NCBI GenBank assembly: GCA_024704765.1
Contig: JAKMXF010000309.1
Location: forward strand, 287,887 to 351,886
Source: Oopsacas minuta
Lineage: Eukaryota > Animalia > Porifera
Direction: 5' to 3'
DNA: 64,000 nucleotides
Shown: positions 1 to 12,700 of the stretch, in pieces
Layout of the letters: each line of letters begins with the position of its first letter
Numbering within the stretch: position 1 is the stretch's first letter
Position numbers and translations under genes: made by a program
The notes under the pieces: generated by a model
Told to the model about the DNA's origin: nothing
The model's input: the letters and a program-made list of their open reading frames with translations, nothing else
Databases searched by the model: none

Positions 1-92
1 GTAACACCTTCAGTTATAGGTGGATAAGTTCGATGGGTCTTTCAGTTTATAAGTGGGGGTGGATCTGTGGGTAAGCCATATACAATTAACGA

Positions 93-288
93 AGCGAGAG
101 CCTAGGTAACTGTAATGGTGACAAGGGCAACGTATAGGTACAACAGCTAGGAAGGTGCATCCCAATTATGGGATGCATGCTCCCCTTGTCACTCTCCAAT
201 CGTATAGGCTCGCGGTTGGGGAAAGGTACGGAGTGTGTCCCAAGTGCACTCACAGCGAAATCGCTGCATCCCCTGAGGGACCAACCGC
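93..288. ncRNA. Candidate structured RNA / multi-hairpin element of unknown class
   Basis: Perfect stems: 98-104/205-211, 118-127/183-192, 157-165/170-178, 212-219/281-288, plus three small hairpins within 231-280. Confidence 0.35.
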
Positions 289-1068
289 CTAATCTAATTT
301 ACAATTCAATTTACCTCGTATCTTCGCTCTTAAATATAACTGAACTATATAACCTAATTTCTCCCCTGCATATAGTGTTTCTATACCACCCAACACCTCT
401 CCATTCGACGTCACAAGCCCTCTCCCCCTCCACTCATAAACAGAAGCAAGTACAACTCTCTCTTTCCCTCTTAAATATGCGTCGCCTCCAGTTGTTCAAT
501 AAGCAAGCACAGTTATTTATAGATTCTAAATTCATAACTGATAGTATTCGATTATAATAATTTTATGAATTATTAAATAATAAAGCAAAGTATCATAAAT
601 TATACACACTTAAGGGGTAAGTATAATTAGATGGAGTGCCATGGGGAACAAGAACAACCTGGAGGACAGGGATAGTATTGGATACTATACTAAAGCTTCT
701 ACTTTTAGGTGTGAAATTAGCATTCTAACAGAAATAACTAACTAGTAGTAGGACTGGTAGCTACTGATTCGAGTATAGGAGGGTAGAGTATTTCTATAAT
801 TAGAACTGTGCCTAAAAATAGTATCAAATTCATTTTAGTTGAGTCTTTGTAGAATGAGTAAATAATTCTTGGTTCTGGGAGTATTTCGTTCATGCATTGA
901 GAAAATAAAATCGGCTAATATTTGAAAAATTAATTTATAAGAAGTTATTCTTAAACTAAAATTGCTATAAATAGAATAAGAATACTTTCAATGTAATATA
1001 ATACTATAGCATTATATACAATACAAATAAATTGTTATGGTTATTAAAGTAATACAAGTTATTCAATA

Positions 1069-1218
1069 CAGTCAACTCCTGGTATATCGAAGCTCAAGGG
1101 GCCGTGATAAATACTGCAATACAAATCATGCAATATATATTAGTTTGACGGTTTGAGACCATATTTGTACAATTTAAGACTTCGATGTATCCGTGTTGGA
1201 TATGACAGGAGTTAACGG
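1069..1218. mobile_element. MITE family A (TIR CAGTCAACTCC.GTTATATCGAA, TA flanks, Tc1/mariner-like)
   Basis: Shares TIR and internal motifs (gctcaaggg, ccatatttgtacaattt) with at least 10 other copies in the window. Confidence 0.75.
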
Positions 1219-1316
1219 CATATATCGATAGAGACCATGGGTTTATGAAAAACAGTGAATTTTCAGAATCCCACCGAGTTAGCCAATAAATACATACACA
1301 ATAAAACGAAAACAAA

Positions 1317-2151
1317 TTAATACGAAGGATCTTCATACAAATAATCGTTAGTATCATCCAATGGTATAAGTATAGTGCGTTGTATCTCCGTTGTAGTTAA
1401 AGCAGAATCAGAATTACCATCAACTTCCTTTTTATTGAAATACTGCCATTTCCTATTACAACGACATTCAACACCACATTTACATGAATCACATTTCATG
1501 CATGGGAAATGGCAGCCAGGGCATTCTTGTGACATACAATCGCATAGATCTTGTTTGGAAGCACTTAGTTGTCCTTCATTATTGTACACAGCTAAAATAG
1601 TACATGTATAGATAGAATATGAGATTGTTAATATTACAGTAGACACTGGTGAACCGGAAACAGGACTATACAAAGTGTTAAATTACTCTAGTTAATAGGG
1701 ACAACACCTTTATTCTGCTTAATTGGGTCAAAATGGTACTGGTCACGATGTGACCCTATTAAGCAGAGTCTACTGTATACGCAAAATGTGTGAAAATGAT
1801 AAGTTATATGATAAAATCATATAGATATGTATTTGGAACTATTTTTCTAGCAAAGTTTTGAAATATATGTAAAAGGTGGGAAAATTTGGTTAATCATATG
1901 ATAAATCAAAATTCTATAGAAATCAATATAAACTAACCTAAAAACTGGTCGGTTGGCTGGTCATTGACTGGGACACCAAGGATTTTGCCTCTAGATCTTG
2001 GAGGTATTGTTTGGTAGAAAGCTTGGAAATGAGGACCTGGATTTTGAAACTCTAAACTTTTCAATTCATTTTTCAAAGCAGTCATTTGTCGTGGATTTTG
2101 CTCTTTGTTTTTAGTTTTGCCATCTTTCAGTTTCTTTTTGCCTTTTCCCAT
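1317..2151 (-). CDS. ARL14EP: ARL14 effector protein-like (ARF7EP_C cysteine-rich domain); 2 exons 2151-1938 and 1591-1317, 162 aa
   Basis: Exon 2 has YNNEGQL..DLCDC..ECPGCHFPCMKCDSCKCGVECRCNRKWQY, the ARF7EP_C pattern. Exon 1 has LKSLEFQNPG. GT-AG phase-1 join is in frame. Confidence 0.8.
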
Positions 2152-2218
2152 TTATTAAGAGCTATACTGTCGATACATAGTTAATACAAATTTTGAATAG
2201 GAAGATGTGCTTTAAGGA

Positions 2219-2540
2219 AAATGGTCCCTTCGGTATAGGCTTATTAGATATTTAACCATGGATGGCGGATTTTGTGTATTTGCTTGGATGTTGTTCTAGG
2301 TCAGCGATCACAACCCGTGGTCCACATACGATAGCAGGGGGCCCAAAGGATCTCAAAATTTGTATTGTGGACTATGGGAGGGGTCCACAGAATGTGTTAA
2401 AATTGGTATAAGGGGTCCACACGGGTGAAAAAAGGTTGGAGAATCGGAAACAATATTCTTGATTTGCATAACATCAAATAAATAAAATCCACCATCCATG
2501 GTTAAACATCTGATAATCATATAGAGGGACATTCGCCCCA
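2219..2540. mobile_element. Long-TIR element (aaaatggtccc...tttaaccatggatgg.ggattt) with a nested family B MITE; related copies at ~54276-54533 and ~54948-55115
   Basis: Inverted pair tttaaccatggatggcggattt / aaatccaccatccatggttaaa recurs in two TRAF introns. Ends approximate. Confidence 0.65.
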
Positions 2541-2624
2541 AAAGTATGCAAATATATGTTGTTTCTATATTTGGTATATAAACAATGAAGTAGTATGCAA
2601 AAATGTTTGATCAGTATTTTATCA

Positions 2625-4746
2625 TTACCAGGAGCTGAAATCACCAAATCCAGTTTTAGCCTTTTTCTTCAATTCTTCTCCAGGAATAATTGAATCTCCT
2701 TTCCTTTTAATTTTCATATTATCTGTTATGCAAACTTCATTTTTATGAGTTACATCTAAATACTTTCCTACTTTATTCGTTGATGATTGCGAAATATTAT
2801 CATCTGATTTAGGTGGTAAGAGTCGCTTGTCTATGTAAGGTTTGATTGCTTGCTCCTTCTGTTCTGATAATTTCGCATCCTCAAACGCAATTTTATCATC
2901 AACTTCTTGGAAAGGATCGACAAACACCATCGTTGTGAGTATTTTAACCTCAGAAATGGGGAGATCGTGTTTATCAGTTTTAATTTTCTCGATTTTATCT
3001 AGAATATCAAATCCACCAACTACCTTGCCAAATACTGTATGTTTGTTGTTAAGATGCATGCATAAACGGTATGTAATGAAAAACTGTGATCGATTGGTGT
3101 CTGGTCCCGAATTTGCCATACTCAAAATACCGCGGTCAGAATGAAGCAAATTCGGCTTGAACTCGTCCTTAAAATCTTCCCCCCAGAAAGATTGGCCGCC
3201 AGAACCATCGCCTTTTGGGTCACCCCCTTGTAGAACGAAATTCCGTATTGAGCGATGGAAAATCGTTTCATCATAATAGCCTTTTTTGCAAAGTTTCAAG
3301 AAATTTTCGCAGGTTTTAGACACAAATTCGCAGTGTAATTCGAGGTTAATATTCCCGAAATTTGTGACTAATCTCACATAGCCTTTCTTCTTCACCATAC
3401 TATAGCGGACGAGATCTTTGCCTAGCTTGGCAGGTTTGATATGAGTTTCGCGAGGTGTTGCGGTTGATGTGAATGAAATAGAAGCTTGCCCTGTTGAATA
3501 ATGTGCTGTATTTCGCTCTGTTAATGGTTCTTCTATCACCTTTGAAGTGTCAATTTTCGCGGAATCGATCTTCGATTTCTTTTCTTCCTTATAGAGCTCT
3601 TCTAAAGCCGATTTACACTCAAATGTCAAATGTCTTATATTTCTCATTGGATTCTTATCTTCTTCATTTTTCCATGAAAGATCGTGTTTTATGTAAAAGA
3701 AATTTGTAATATTGAATTTATTTAAATTCTTTGGATCCTGAAGTGTGATTATGTCAGATTTCGCGAATGGTTCGTCTGAGAGTAATTCGCGAAAATTTTT
3801 CGGTTTTATGTTGAGTTCTTGTAAAGCTTCGTTTGAATAGACATTGCCTAAAAATAATAAAATTTCAGAAGTTTCGACATAATTTTCTCTCAATTTGGAT
3901 TATTAAGATGCTAATACAGAAGACCCCGGTTATAAGAACACCCTTGCGAGTAGTTCCATATGTTCTTGTAACCGGTATAAATATACAGGAATATATGAGA
4001 ACTGTTTTTCCAGAGGATGGTGCTTATATCCGGTGTTCTCATAACAGGCATCTGTTGTGTTGTACGAAATAATCTATTTTGACCAAGAAAGTGTATAATT
4101 GTATGTGAATAAATCGTGTTAGAGATTAGAAAGTGTCAAAATCAAATTCTATGTCACCTTTCACCCCTAATTATTCGGTGGAAGGTAATTTCTGGACAAT
4201 TTTGGAAATTGACCAAAAGATGTGAAAATATGATTAATCATGCGATAAGTGTATCTACACTCAATAGTGTCTACTGACCAATACGAATACAGTAACCTCC
4301 ACAATCGGGGCCTGTGGAAACAGGAAACGGATAATTCCTAGTCCAATACAGTGCTAAAATCTAGGAATAATTTTACCTGTGGTTTTGATGAGAATAACAT
4401 GAGAATGTTCCGTAAATTCCTTATACGTCATAGGACAATGTATTTTACTATCAGCGTTTTTATGAAAGTTAACTTTTATCAAAGATTTGGCATTGAGAAG
4501 TTTTCCAGTTATTGGACAGTGTTTGAATTTCTTCAAAAACGGTAGAATTTGTGGTAAATCATATAATATACCATCTTCAGTACAATAAGGATGTTCGGCA
4601 GGTTGTAGTGACAAACCGCAGTAATTATACGGTAGGCGACGGTATTCGGTAGATTCGGTACTTGATGCTTTCTTGCCTCCGTATATAGTACTCCACTCTT
4701 TTGTTGTGAGGTACATCTTGTCCTTTTGATGTTGTTTCTTACCCAT
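2625..4746 (-). CDS. PPIL2: U-box cyclophilin (Cyp60/PPIL2); 2 exons 4746-4377 and 3847-2625, 530 aa
   Basis: N-terminus MGKKQHQKDKMYLT, U-box region (LSLQP..HPYC..G.LYD), cyclophilin domain (FHRSIRNFVLQGGDPKGDGSGG, SMANSGPDTNRSQFFIT), C-terminal FGDFSSW. Phase-1 intron. Confidence 0.95.
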
Positions 4747-4949
4747 AATTGTGCTAGGTTATATATAGTGGGAATTGAAATTTAATGATTCTGCTTAAGA
4801 AAGGTCAGATCGGGACTAGGACATAAAGATTGAAAAAGCACCAAATTTTGAATAACTAATGTCAGTAATCACATCAATAGACTAAATTAAATTACCCAAA
4901 CTAATAACTACGAAAGTTCTCTATCAAATCCATTCTATATTACATCTAA

Positions 4950-5615
4950 CTACATTTCCGGTGCTCCAGGAACAGATGGTGTTTTCCCGCTCTTAGATTC
5001 ATACCATGCCTTTGTAATTGTACGCTTCATGTCTTCATCACCTTCATCGTACATTTTCTGCATCATTTTCATAATGCCAGCACTCGGGTCGTCTGAATCT
5101 TTCTTGGAAATGTCGTCAAGTTTCTCTTTCTCTTTTTTCGCTTCTTTCGTCTTGCGTTCCACCATGGTTACTTCTTCCCAGTTACCAGGTGAGGCTTTTG
5201 GCATGCTGATAATAACTGATCCTCTCTTCAAGATTGCCTTTGCGGAATCTGCCTTGATCTTACCGGATAATTCGCCGATAGAAAAATTGTAATTTCTGTT
5301 ATTCAAATCGTTGACCTTTACATTAACAGAATTTGCAGTGAACTCAGTTACGATTTGACTATCAATAGCACCCTCCAAACCAGGGATATCAGAAACGTAG
5401 ATCTTGACAGTTGAATCGGTTTGGTCCCAACCATATGTTTTGACTTGAATGGTAGGCTTTATTTGTACGGCGGGGGTAGCATGTTGAGGTTTAATTGTCT
5501 TAGAAATCGAGGATTTATTGCGGTTGATAGCATCTTGTAATAGAGAGATAGTCATAGGGTGTTTGGCTTGTGGAATTAGTGATTCCAATTCCTGTACGAA
5601 CGCTTCTATATCCAT
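4950..5615 (-). CDS. CACYBP: Calcyclin-binding protein / Siah-interacting protein, intronless
   Basis: YGWDQTDSTVKIYV (CS domain) and DPSAGIMKMMQKMYDEGDEDMKRTITKAW (SGS domain). True ATG is at 5615; the ORF track starts at a TTG. Confidence 0.9.
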   Translation of the reverse strand: MDIEAFVQELESLIPQAKHPMTISLLQDAINRNKSSISKTIKPQHATPAVQIKPTIQVKTYGWDQTDSTVKIYVSDIPGLEGAIDSQIVTEFTANSVNVKVNDLNNRNYNFSIGELSGKIKADSAKAILKRGSVIISMPKASPGNWEEVTMVERKTKEAKKEKEKLDDISKKDSDDPSAGIMKMMQKMYDEGDEDMKRTITKAWYESKSGKTPSVPGAPEM

Positions 5616-5684
5616 TTCTAATGCTAAGAAATAAGTCAATTTTTCGAAAAATCCACACGAAATTTTCGCCCTCGTATTTATATA

Positions 5685-5913
5685 CAGTCAGCTCCCGTTA
5701 TATCGAAAGTTAAGGAACCGCGATAATTACTTGGATAAAAGCAGAGTTCGATATAACCGGTGAAGTCAATGTTACTTTTACGATTTGGGACCATATTGTA
5801 CAAATTCAGACTGGGCCCCCATATCAATTCAACACATTCTGTGGACCACCTCCCATAGAATGCAATACAAACTTTGGGATCATGTGGACAACCATGGCCT
5901 TGGTTGGAACCGC
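5685..5913. mobile_element. Truncated MITE A joined to a MITE B fragment
   Basis: Left TIR of family A at 5685. Family B internal motifs and right end (ggttggaaccgct) at about 5810-5913. Confidence 0.6.
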
Positions 5914-6371
5914 TAGCTATATTCTCGCCTTCTTACAATATACAACAAGATAGCCAAGGCAATATTTAGATACCGGTTAACAGGTGAAATGTAGGACTTC
6001 TGGACAGAGGCAGTAAAGACCCCGAAAAACCTTATTTTTGTCTTGTTCTATAAAAAAATGAAATCTGGTAAAGTATATTTGGATAACTGAATATATGAAA
6101 TAGACCGATTGTATTTAAGATAAATTGTTCATCCCAAACTTGTAATAAATGTATCAACAAAACACAATAATCACAACCAAGAAATATATATAAATATTTC
6201 AACACCTTCAAAAATACGTACATTTCTAAACAAAACTTTCACTATCTAGTACACAAGCAATAAATCCCAAAATATATACAACAAACAATTCAAAATAGTG
6301 TGTAAAGAAACAATACAAAATGTACAGTGTATTTTTGCATAGAAATATGTATGCAATAGAATTCAATGTGT

Positions 6372-8949
6372 TTACAATTGTGTATCAAATTCTTCGACAT
6401 TTTGGTAGACAGGAATTGTCCCTTGTTGTGGGATTGGGTCAATTTTGAATGGGATTGGCGGTGCTGGACCGTATGTCGGTTCTTCTGACGTCATTGCCTC
6501 AGGTTTAGTCGGGTGTGTACGTTGGTTTATATACTGTTTCACTGCCATATATACAAAACGATATTGTCCCTCGGTTTGCACCATCCCTGAACGCTGAGCA
6601 CGTAGCATTTGTATACTTTTTTGTATATCGATTTCAACATCAAAACCTTGTTTATCAATCAAATGCAATAAAATATCGATTATTATAAAGGTACCTGTAC
6701 GTCCTATACCCGCACTGCAATGGACGACGATTGGACCAGGTGAATTTCCCTCTGACCTGAAATGCTCTTGACGTTTATTAACTTCGCTTAAGAAGCTCAA
6801 AACATTCCCTGCATCATTGGGTATACCATGATCAGGCCAGCTAACGAAATGAAAATAGTAGATGATACGTTCTTCTGGGTCACCCTCTTTGGTCGCACGT
6901 AATTCCCGCACAACGTGAGATATGTATTTCTTCTCGTGTGTACACGTCACCATGATGTTCTTGAATGTTCTTGTCGTATCCTTTTCTGTCCAGTAGCGAG
7001 CGCATTTATTTTTCCCTCTCTCAATTTCGTTACATGTCATTACGATTACACGTGTGTTATCTTGCCAGAGCATACGCCAGAAGTCAATCACTGTGTGTGG
7101 TAGGCAACCTGAATAGATTAAGGTAACATGCTATCCCAATTGAAATTGAATATAGTAGAGAATTTACACCGAAGTTACAAATGTTCAAAAGTTAAGATTT
7201 CTACTACAATAATCTCGAAAATTATATTTTGAAAAGTTACAAACCTTGTGTAGCAATATAAGCCTTCTCACTACCCTCAACTTCTCCACTGATATAATTA
7301 GCGTTTATATAATCACTCTCTCCATCTCCATCTTCATCTGCTAGAATTACACGAGTATGATCGAATGGGAGAATATTCTTATATCTGTATAGGAAATAAA
7401 TATATACTGAGTTAAAAGTGAAATTTTTGAAATTCAATAATATCATATAGGAAATGGAAGAATTGCTCCCTATGGGCTATTTATAGCGGTTCCCAACCTG
7501 TTTTACCCACGGCCTCGCTATACTATCTTTAACACATTATGTGGACCCTCTGCTTTCTCCCGTAGACCACCGACCAAGGAGTACATGAACCTCAGGTTGG
7601 GAAAAGTTGCTCAATTTCGCGATTCAGAGGAAGTACTGAGGGTTAAAAGAGTGAATTTGAGTGAAACTATCAACATTTAAAATGTTTGTAAATACAATAA
7701 AACGTATAATCTCACCTATTCTTAACTCTACAGTCAGGCCTATTACCTTCCTTCCTATTGAATAAATGCTTACATTCCATCTGTTGTAATTGTTCAAATT
7801 CCTCCCAAAATCCTGCTTTACTTCCTCCAATCTCTTTCCCCAATTCTTCTACCCGAGGAGTTATGTCGGTTGGTATTATTCGTGTAGCATTGAATGGTTG
7901 TTTCAAATGAAGTACAGCTCCTAAAGGCAATACTTATGTTACTATGGTAACTATACATGGTTAATGGAATGTCAGAACTATGAATGAAACAATTCTGGAC
8001 GAGGCATATTGTCTAAATCTGTGCCTAAACCTGTCTTATGTACTTATGACATCACTTGGTGTATAATTCAATAAATAGTCACAATACCTGTAATCTCGAC
8101 TAATGGTATCTTCTTATAGTGTTCTATCAACTCATTCAATCCATTAAACTGTTGTCCACCTCCTACGTCACATTTCCCATCCTTACATCTTATCATTACA
8201 TGTGATACTCTATTGTCTATTAGTGCTGATAGCACATAATCACCTGGTTGACTGAGGGAGGCTCTCACAAGGTAACTACCGTTCTGTCCACGGTCTAGAA
8301 GTAGCTTGTCTGCCTCTTTGCCTAGAAAAGCATGTATGCATGTATGTTAGATACAGTGTTCATGCCGAAAGTTGATTCAAAAGTTCAAGAGTTCATACCA
8401 TACGTCAAAAGTTCATGTTATTCCCAATTAATAGTCTGAAATTTCCATTTATGGATATATTTGTCCAAAATCTCGGGATTTATCGGGGCTCTGAATTTAG
8501 GTAACTGAAATTTGTAGGCCCAAAGATTCCCTCAGTTTCAGACTACTAACTTTCTATTGTGACCAAATTTCCGCGATTAGTTTCTTCATATACATACCTG
8601 AAATAGATCCATGAAACCATCTCTCTCTCGTCTCCTCTCTACAACTCAATGGATGTCTCAGTTCAATAATTTCACCATTCTTCTCCCGTAATTGCCCTGT
8701 ATTCTCCATATAATATTGTACTAACTCAGCTAGTGTAGCGAACTTCTCTCCACCAAATAAATCGTAATAATCTCCCTGATTTTGTATACGAATATGTGTA
8801 ACTTCTGAGCCACGCCTGACGGATAAGGTGAAGTCCCCCATTTGGCTTCCACTAGGGCGGGCGATAAAGGAACCATCTCGTCCATGGTCGAGCAATAAAC
8901 TCTCTGCCTCTGGCCCTAGAAGTGTAGGATGAAACCAACGTCTGTTCAT
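6372..8949 (-). CDS. PTPN11: SH2-SH2-PTP tyrosine phosphatase (SHP2/corkscrew); 5 exons 8949-8598, 8321-8088, 7920-7716, 7384-7245, 7108-6372, 555 aa
   Basis: RRWFHP N-SH2, ERWFHG C-SH2, [27 protein letters not shown] and [11 protein letters not shown]. All exon phases are consistent. Confidence 0.95.
7485..7608. mobile_element. MITE family B in a PTPN11 intron
   Basis: gcggttcccaacct ... aggttgggaaaagttg. Confidence 0.7.
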
Positions 8950-9004
8950 GCTAAGTGAAAACAGAATTTGGAATTATTATATTATGCTATCCAGCTACTG
9001 CATA

Positions 9005-9154
9005 CAGTCACCTCAAGTTATATCGAACACGGATATATTGAAATCTGAAATGCACAAATATGGTCCCAAACCGTCAAAGTAACGTATATAACATCAGTTA
9101 TATCAAAGGAATTATCATGGCCCCCTGGAGCTTCGATATAACGGGAGGTAATTG
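9005..9154. mobile_element. MITE family A
   Basis: TA|cagtcacctcaagttatatcgaa ... ttcgatataacgggaggtaattg|TA. Confidence 0.85.
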
Positions 9155-9980
9155 TATTTTAACAATGCATTGACATATTTTGATAACATAGTTCCTCAAG
9201 AGGGTAAAGGAGCATTCTATTTCTTCCATACGCAGTTTCCGCCCCCAAAACAAAGAGATTCAAAGAGAAATTTTATGAATTTTTACTATGGAAAGTTTGG
9301 ACAAATTACCTTCTTCTGAGATTTGAAATTCTGACCAATACAGTGACGGCAAATTATATTTCAAGTCAGTGTGTATGAGAATGTACTTTCCAGTGCCAAT
9401 TATACCCAATTTTTCTCCCCAAAAAGTAGGTGCTTGCAGCGCTCAATAGCTTCTGCAGTATCAAAACCCATTACAACTTGTAAAAGAACCGGCAGGCATA
9501 TTGATTGAATAAATTTGAAACAATATAGAGGGTTTATATAAGAATTCAGTAGTTGAATAGATTACATTATTTATTGCAAGAGTGATATCATTAGGTTACT
9601 CGTAAAATAATATCATAATTTGTAATTAACCACCATTAAGTAAGTATTCTGAGAAGTGAAATAATACTGTGATGGTGAGGAATTACTTATGTACAGGAAA
9701 TGTAATAATATATGACAATTCATATTATCCACTTCCTCTTTCAGAATTTTACTACAATGATCTAAGAAGTGAGTAATCTATTGAATTTCAGTTTCTTAGA
9801 AAACCATGATGTGAGTTTACTCAAAAAATGTTATCACTACGTACTATAGCTCAAACGCGAACACTACAAGAAATAATAATCATAAGAAATACGAACGATA
9901 CAGCAATAATAATACAATCAGAAAGTGATAAAAATAATTAAACCAAGTGATGAGAGTGTGTATTATATCGACCTTATAGA

Positions 9981-10583
9981 TTATTTCGGGAAGCCCATAT
10001 ACGGCTGAGGTACACCCTGACAAACATCATAAGAAGGGGGATCAGTCTCCATGAGGTAATTGGGGTAGCAGATCGGATCTGGTTGTCCAGGGTAAGGCAC
10101 CGGTGACGCGTACGAGTATCCTAGCGTGTGGACCGGCTGGGACTGGGGGTAACCATATGATTGGCTGTCAGGGTTAATCATGGCCGGTATGTTCGTCGGC
10201 GTGTTTGGAATATTGATGGGTACATTCTGCCTCATGTCGCGTGTATTTTTAGCTTCCACACACATAAATACACATAATATGCAACCAATTACAATACAAG
10301 GCAAGCAAGATATGAGATAGCAAGCTGACATTGTTGCTATGTAGATAACTGGTGAGACGGTGACGACGTCAGGTACATTTGTACAGTTATCGTTATAGGT
10401 GTAGTAATAGTTAGCGTAATAGGTAAAGTAGTTGTAAAAGTAGGTATTGTAAGTGTGGTAGGAGTAACTACGTTCTAGTCTAGTCGGTGCGCCGTGATTC
10501 TTGACTTCTTCTCCAACACTTTTCTGATATTTTAAGGTTAATACGAAGATTATGAATGAGAGGGAAATCAACTTTAAATCCAT
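9981..10583 (-). CDS. Tyr-rich single-pass membrane protein, paralog A (CYYR1/Shisa-like topology)
   Basis: Signal peptide, RLER|S, Tyr-rich tract, Cys-rich TM (CYLISCLPC), Pro/Tyr/Gln tail with PPSY. First ATG is at 10583. Confidence 0.8.
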   Translation of the reverse strand: MDLKLISLSFIIFVLTLKYQKSVGEEVKNHGAPTRLERSYSYHTYNTYFYNYFTYYANYYYTYNDNCTNVPDVVTVSPVIYIATMSACYLISCLPCIVIGCILCVFMCVEAKNTRDMRQNVPINIPNTPTNIPAMINPDSQSYGYPQSQPVHTLGYSYASPVPYPGQPDPICYPNYLMETDPPSYDVCQGVPQPYMGFPK

Positions 10584-10848
10584 CTTCACATATAGAGCGG
10601 GATTCTACTATTTAAACTGAATGCAAACCTTCAAAAATAGCAAATTTAAGCGTCTCGCGTATGCAAACAAAATGAGAAAAGATAGAGAAATATAAATAGT
10701 AATAAATTCGAACAAAAAGTATAAGAAAAAAGTTAGATAGTGTTTAAGCATAAAGTGGTATAAAAAAGTTAGAAAGAGATATATGGAAATAAGTTTGTTA
10801 TAGAATCGTGTTAGGTTTGGAAGGCTGTATAGGTTTGTTACCCAGCAT

Positions 10849-11331
10849 CTACAAGTGGGGCTTCTCAATACTAGGATCTACAAGTGGGTAGTATCCATGA
10901 GTTTGCACTGGTTGCGGCTGTTGTGGGTAACCTTGGGGTTGTGGGGTATAACCTTGAGGTCGTGGGTAGCCATAAGGCTGAGGTGGAGGAGCAGCAGTTG
11001 CAGTAGCTACAGGCATTGAAGTAATTATATGACTAGGTGCATTACTTTTACTACGATTACTATTCACAGCAACGACGATAACACCAATAATCCCTGCTAT
11101 AATACAGGGGAAGCAAGTACAGCAAAAACAAGCTATACTGCAAACTATATACACCCATGCTCTAGCAAGGCTGTAGTTATAGTTATAGGAGTAGTAGTAG
11201 TAGTAGTAGTAAGTAGTGTCATAATAGTTGTAGTAACTGGCACGTGCTGATCTGTCAAGGTTTTCCTCCGTACTCACCTCACAGAGGATGGTCATGAGAA
11301 GTACGAGTAGTGTGATGAACTTCAGGTACAT
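10849..11331 (-). CDS. Tyr-rich single-pass membrane protein, paralog B
   Basis: MYLKFITLLV signal peptide, RSAR|A, YYNYYDTTYYYYYYYSYNYNY, Cys-rich TM (ACFCCTCFPC), PQGY repeats. Confidence 0.8.
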   Translation of the reverse strand: MYLKFITLLVLLMTILCEVSTEENLDRSARASYYNYYDTTYYYYYYYSYNYNYSLARAWVYIVCSIACFCCTCFPCIIAGIIGVIVVAVNSNRSKSNAPSHIITSMPVATATAAPPPQPYGYPRPQGYTPQPQGYPQQPQPVQTHGYYPLVDPSIEKPHL

Positions 11332-12188
11332 AGATGCTATATTAGGTTTTACAAAGCAGTTTGAAATACGAAACTGTTTAAAATTAATTTCCCTTGAAAA
11401 TACCAGTGATTTTGTAGTATGTATAGACGCAAAATCGTGTGACACACGACGAGATCGTGAGGTTGAGAGCCCTGATTATGGCGTTTAGACAGGGTACGTG
11501 AAATAAGTATATAAGGACTACACCTGACAGCTGTAACTTTAATAGCTAGCCAACTTTACCGTGACAATTTTTCGATATTTTGTATACAAATAACTTTAGA
11601 ATATTTCATAAATGAACTTTGAAATCAAAGAATCAACATTTTGCATTTTATAGCTTTAGCATATTTCCAACATATCAGGCTATTAGGCGATTCCTAGATC
11701 ACTTCTTCTCGACCTGAAAATATTTTCTAGATGTGGAATGTGTGATTCATCACATATTTATGAAACAAACTTGATGACAATAAAGCTTCAATGAAATTCC
11801 AGAATTGATTGAAACTTGGAGGACCCCCAGGGCTGATTTTTGGCACACAGAGTATTTGGGCCTGCCTCGGACAAGTTCGAGTCTTGGACGAAATTAAGAC
11901 AAAATTGTCGCCTTTTTGGATTTACGAAAAATCACATTATTAGCACCGCTCAGCCAATATACATTATAGAAGTTTGAAATTTTAATCACAGGAATTGGCC
12001 AAATGCAAACTCAAAATGGGATTAATACGTCATCATGACCATTCAAAAAATCCAAATTGTCCAAATTTCGAAAAATTCTAGAATTCTAAACACCATTAAA
12101 AAAGGCATATATTAAACTACACAAATATAAGTTATGAAAAAGTTAGAAATAGTGAATGGAAATAGCCCTGTAGTAAGTAGGTTGGAAT

Positions 12189-12700
12189 CTATACGGGGTT
12201 GTTAGTGGGACTGGTAGTGCCTTGAGTAACGGAATAAGAAGGAGGGCGAGCTTCAGCTGCAGTACCAGCATCATGGTCATCAGGTGGCTTTGCAATGCTA
12301 GATGGCCTAAGAGGGCGGGGTCCTTGTGTTTGCATTGGTTGAGGATATACACAAAGCTGTCGGTATCCAACATAATGTTGAGGAGTTATAGGGATAGTGG
12401 AGGTGGTAGGTCTGTTTGTATTATGTTTAGTGACTGCAACAATTGAAAAACAGATGGCAATACAGGCACCAATTCCAAGGATAATCAAAGGCATGCAGCA
12501 CATTAAACATCCTAGGAAAACCAATGCGTTTATCCATGCTGAATAATTGATATAACCGTTGTAGGAATAATTATTATAGTAATAGCGTATGGTTGTATTC
12601 TAGTATCATCTTCAACAAGGTCATTACCCATGCTTAGAACACATTGTGTAGAGATAAGGATTAGAAGGATGGCGAGTATTGAGGTACGCTTCAGCTCCAT
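12189..12700 (-). pseudogene. Tyr-rich membrane protein, paralog C, frameshifted
   Basis: The ATG at 12700 encodes a signal peptide but stops after 56 aa. The homologous YYYNNY-TM-PPSY part is in another frame (offset 176 nt), and no GT-AG intron can repair it. Confidence 0.65.

Noticed and set aside
212-288. Type II hammerhead-like layout (stem-GAAA ... CTGAGGGA-stem)
   Set aside because: The core has an extra G relative to CUGANGA, and no stem III with a UH cleavage site can be formed.
168-557. 129-aa plus-strand ORF and a possible multi-exon gene in 1-900
   Set aside because: No recognisable domain, low-complexity composition, and no convincing phase-consistent model could be built.
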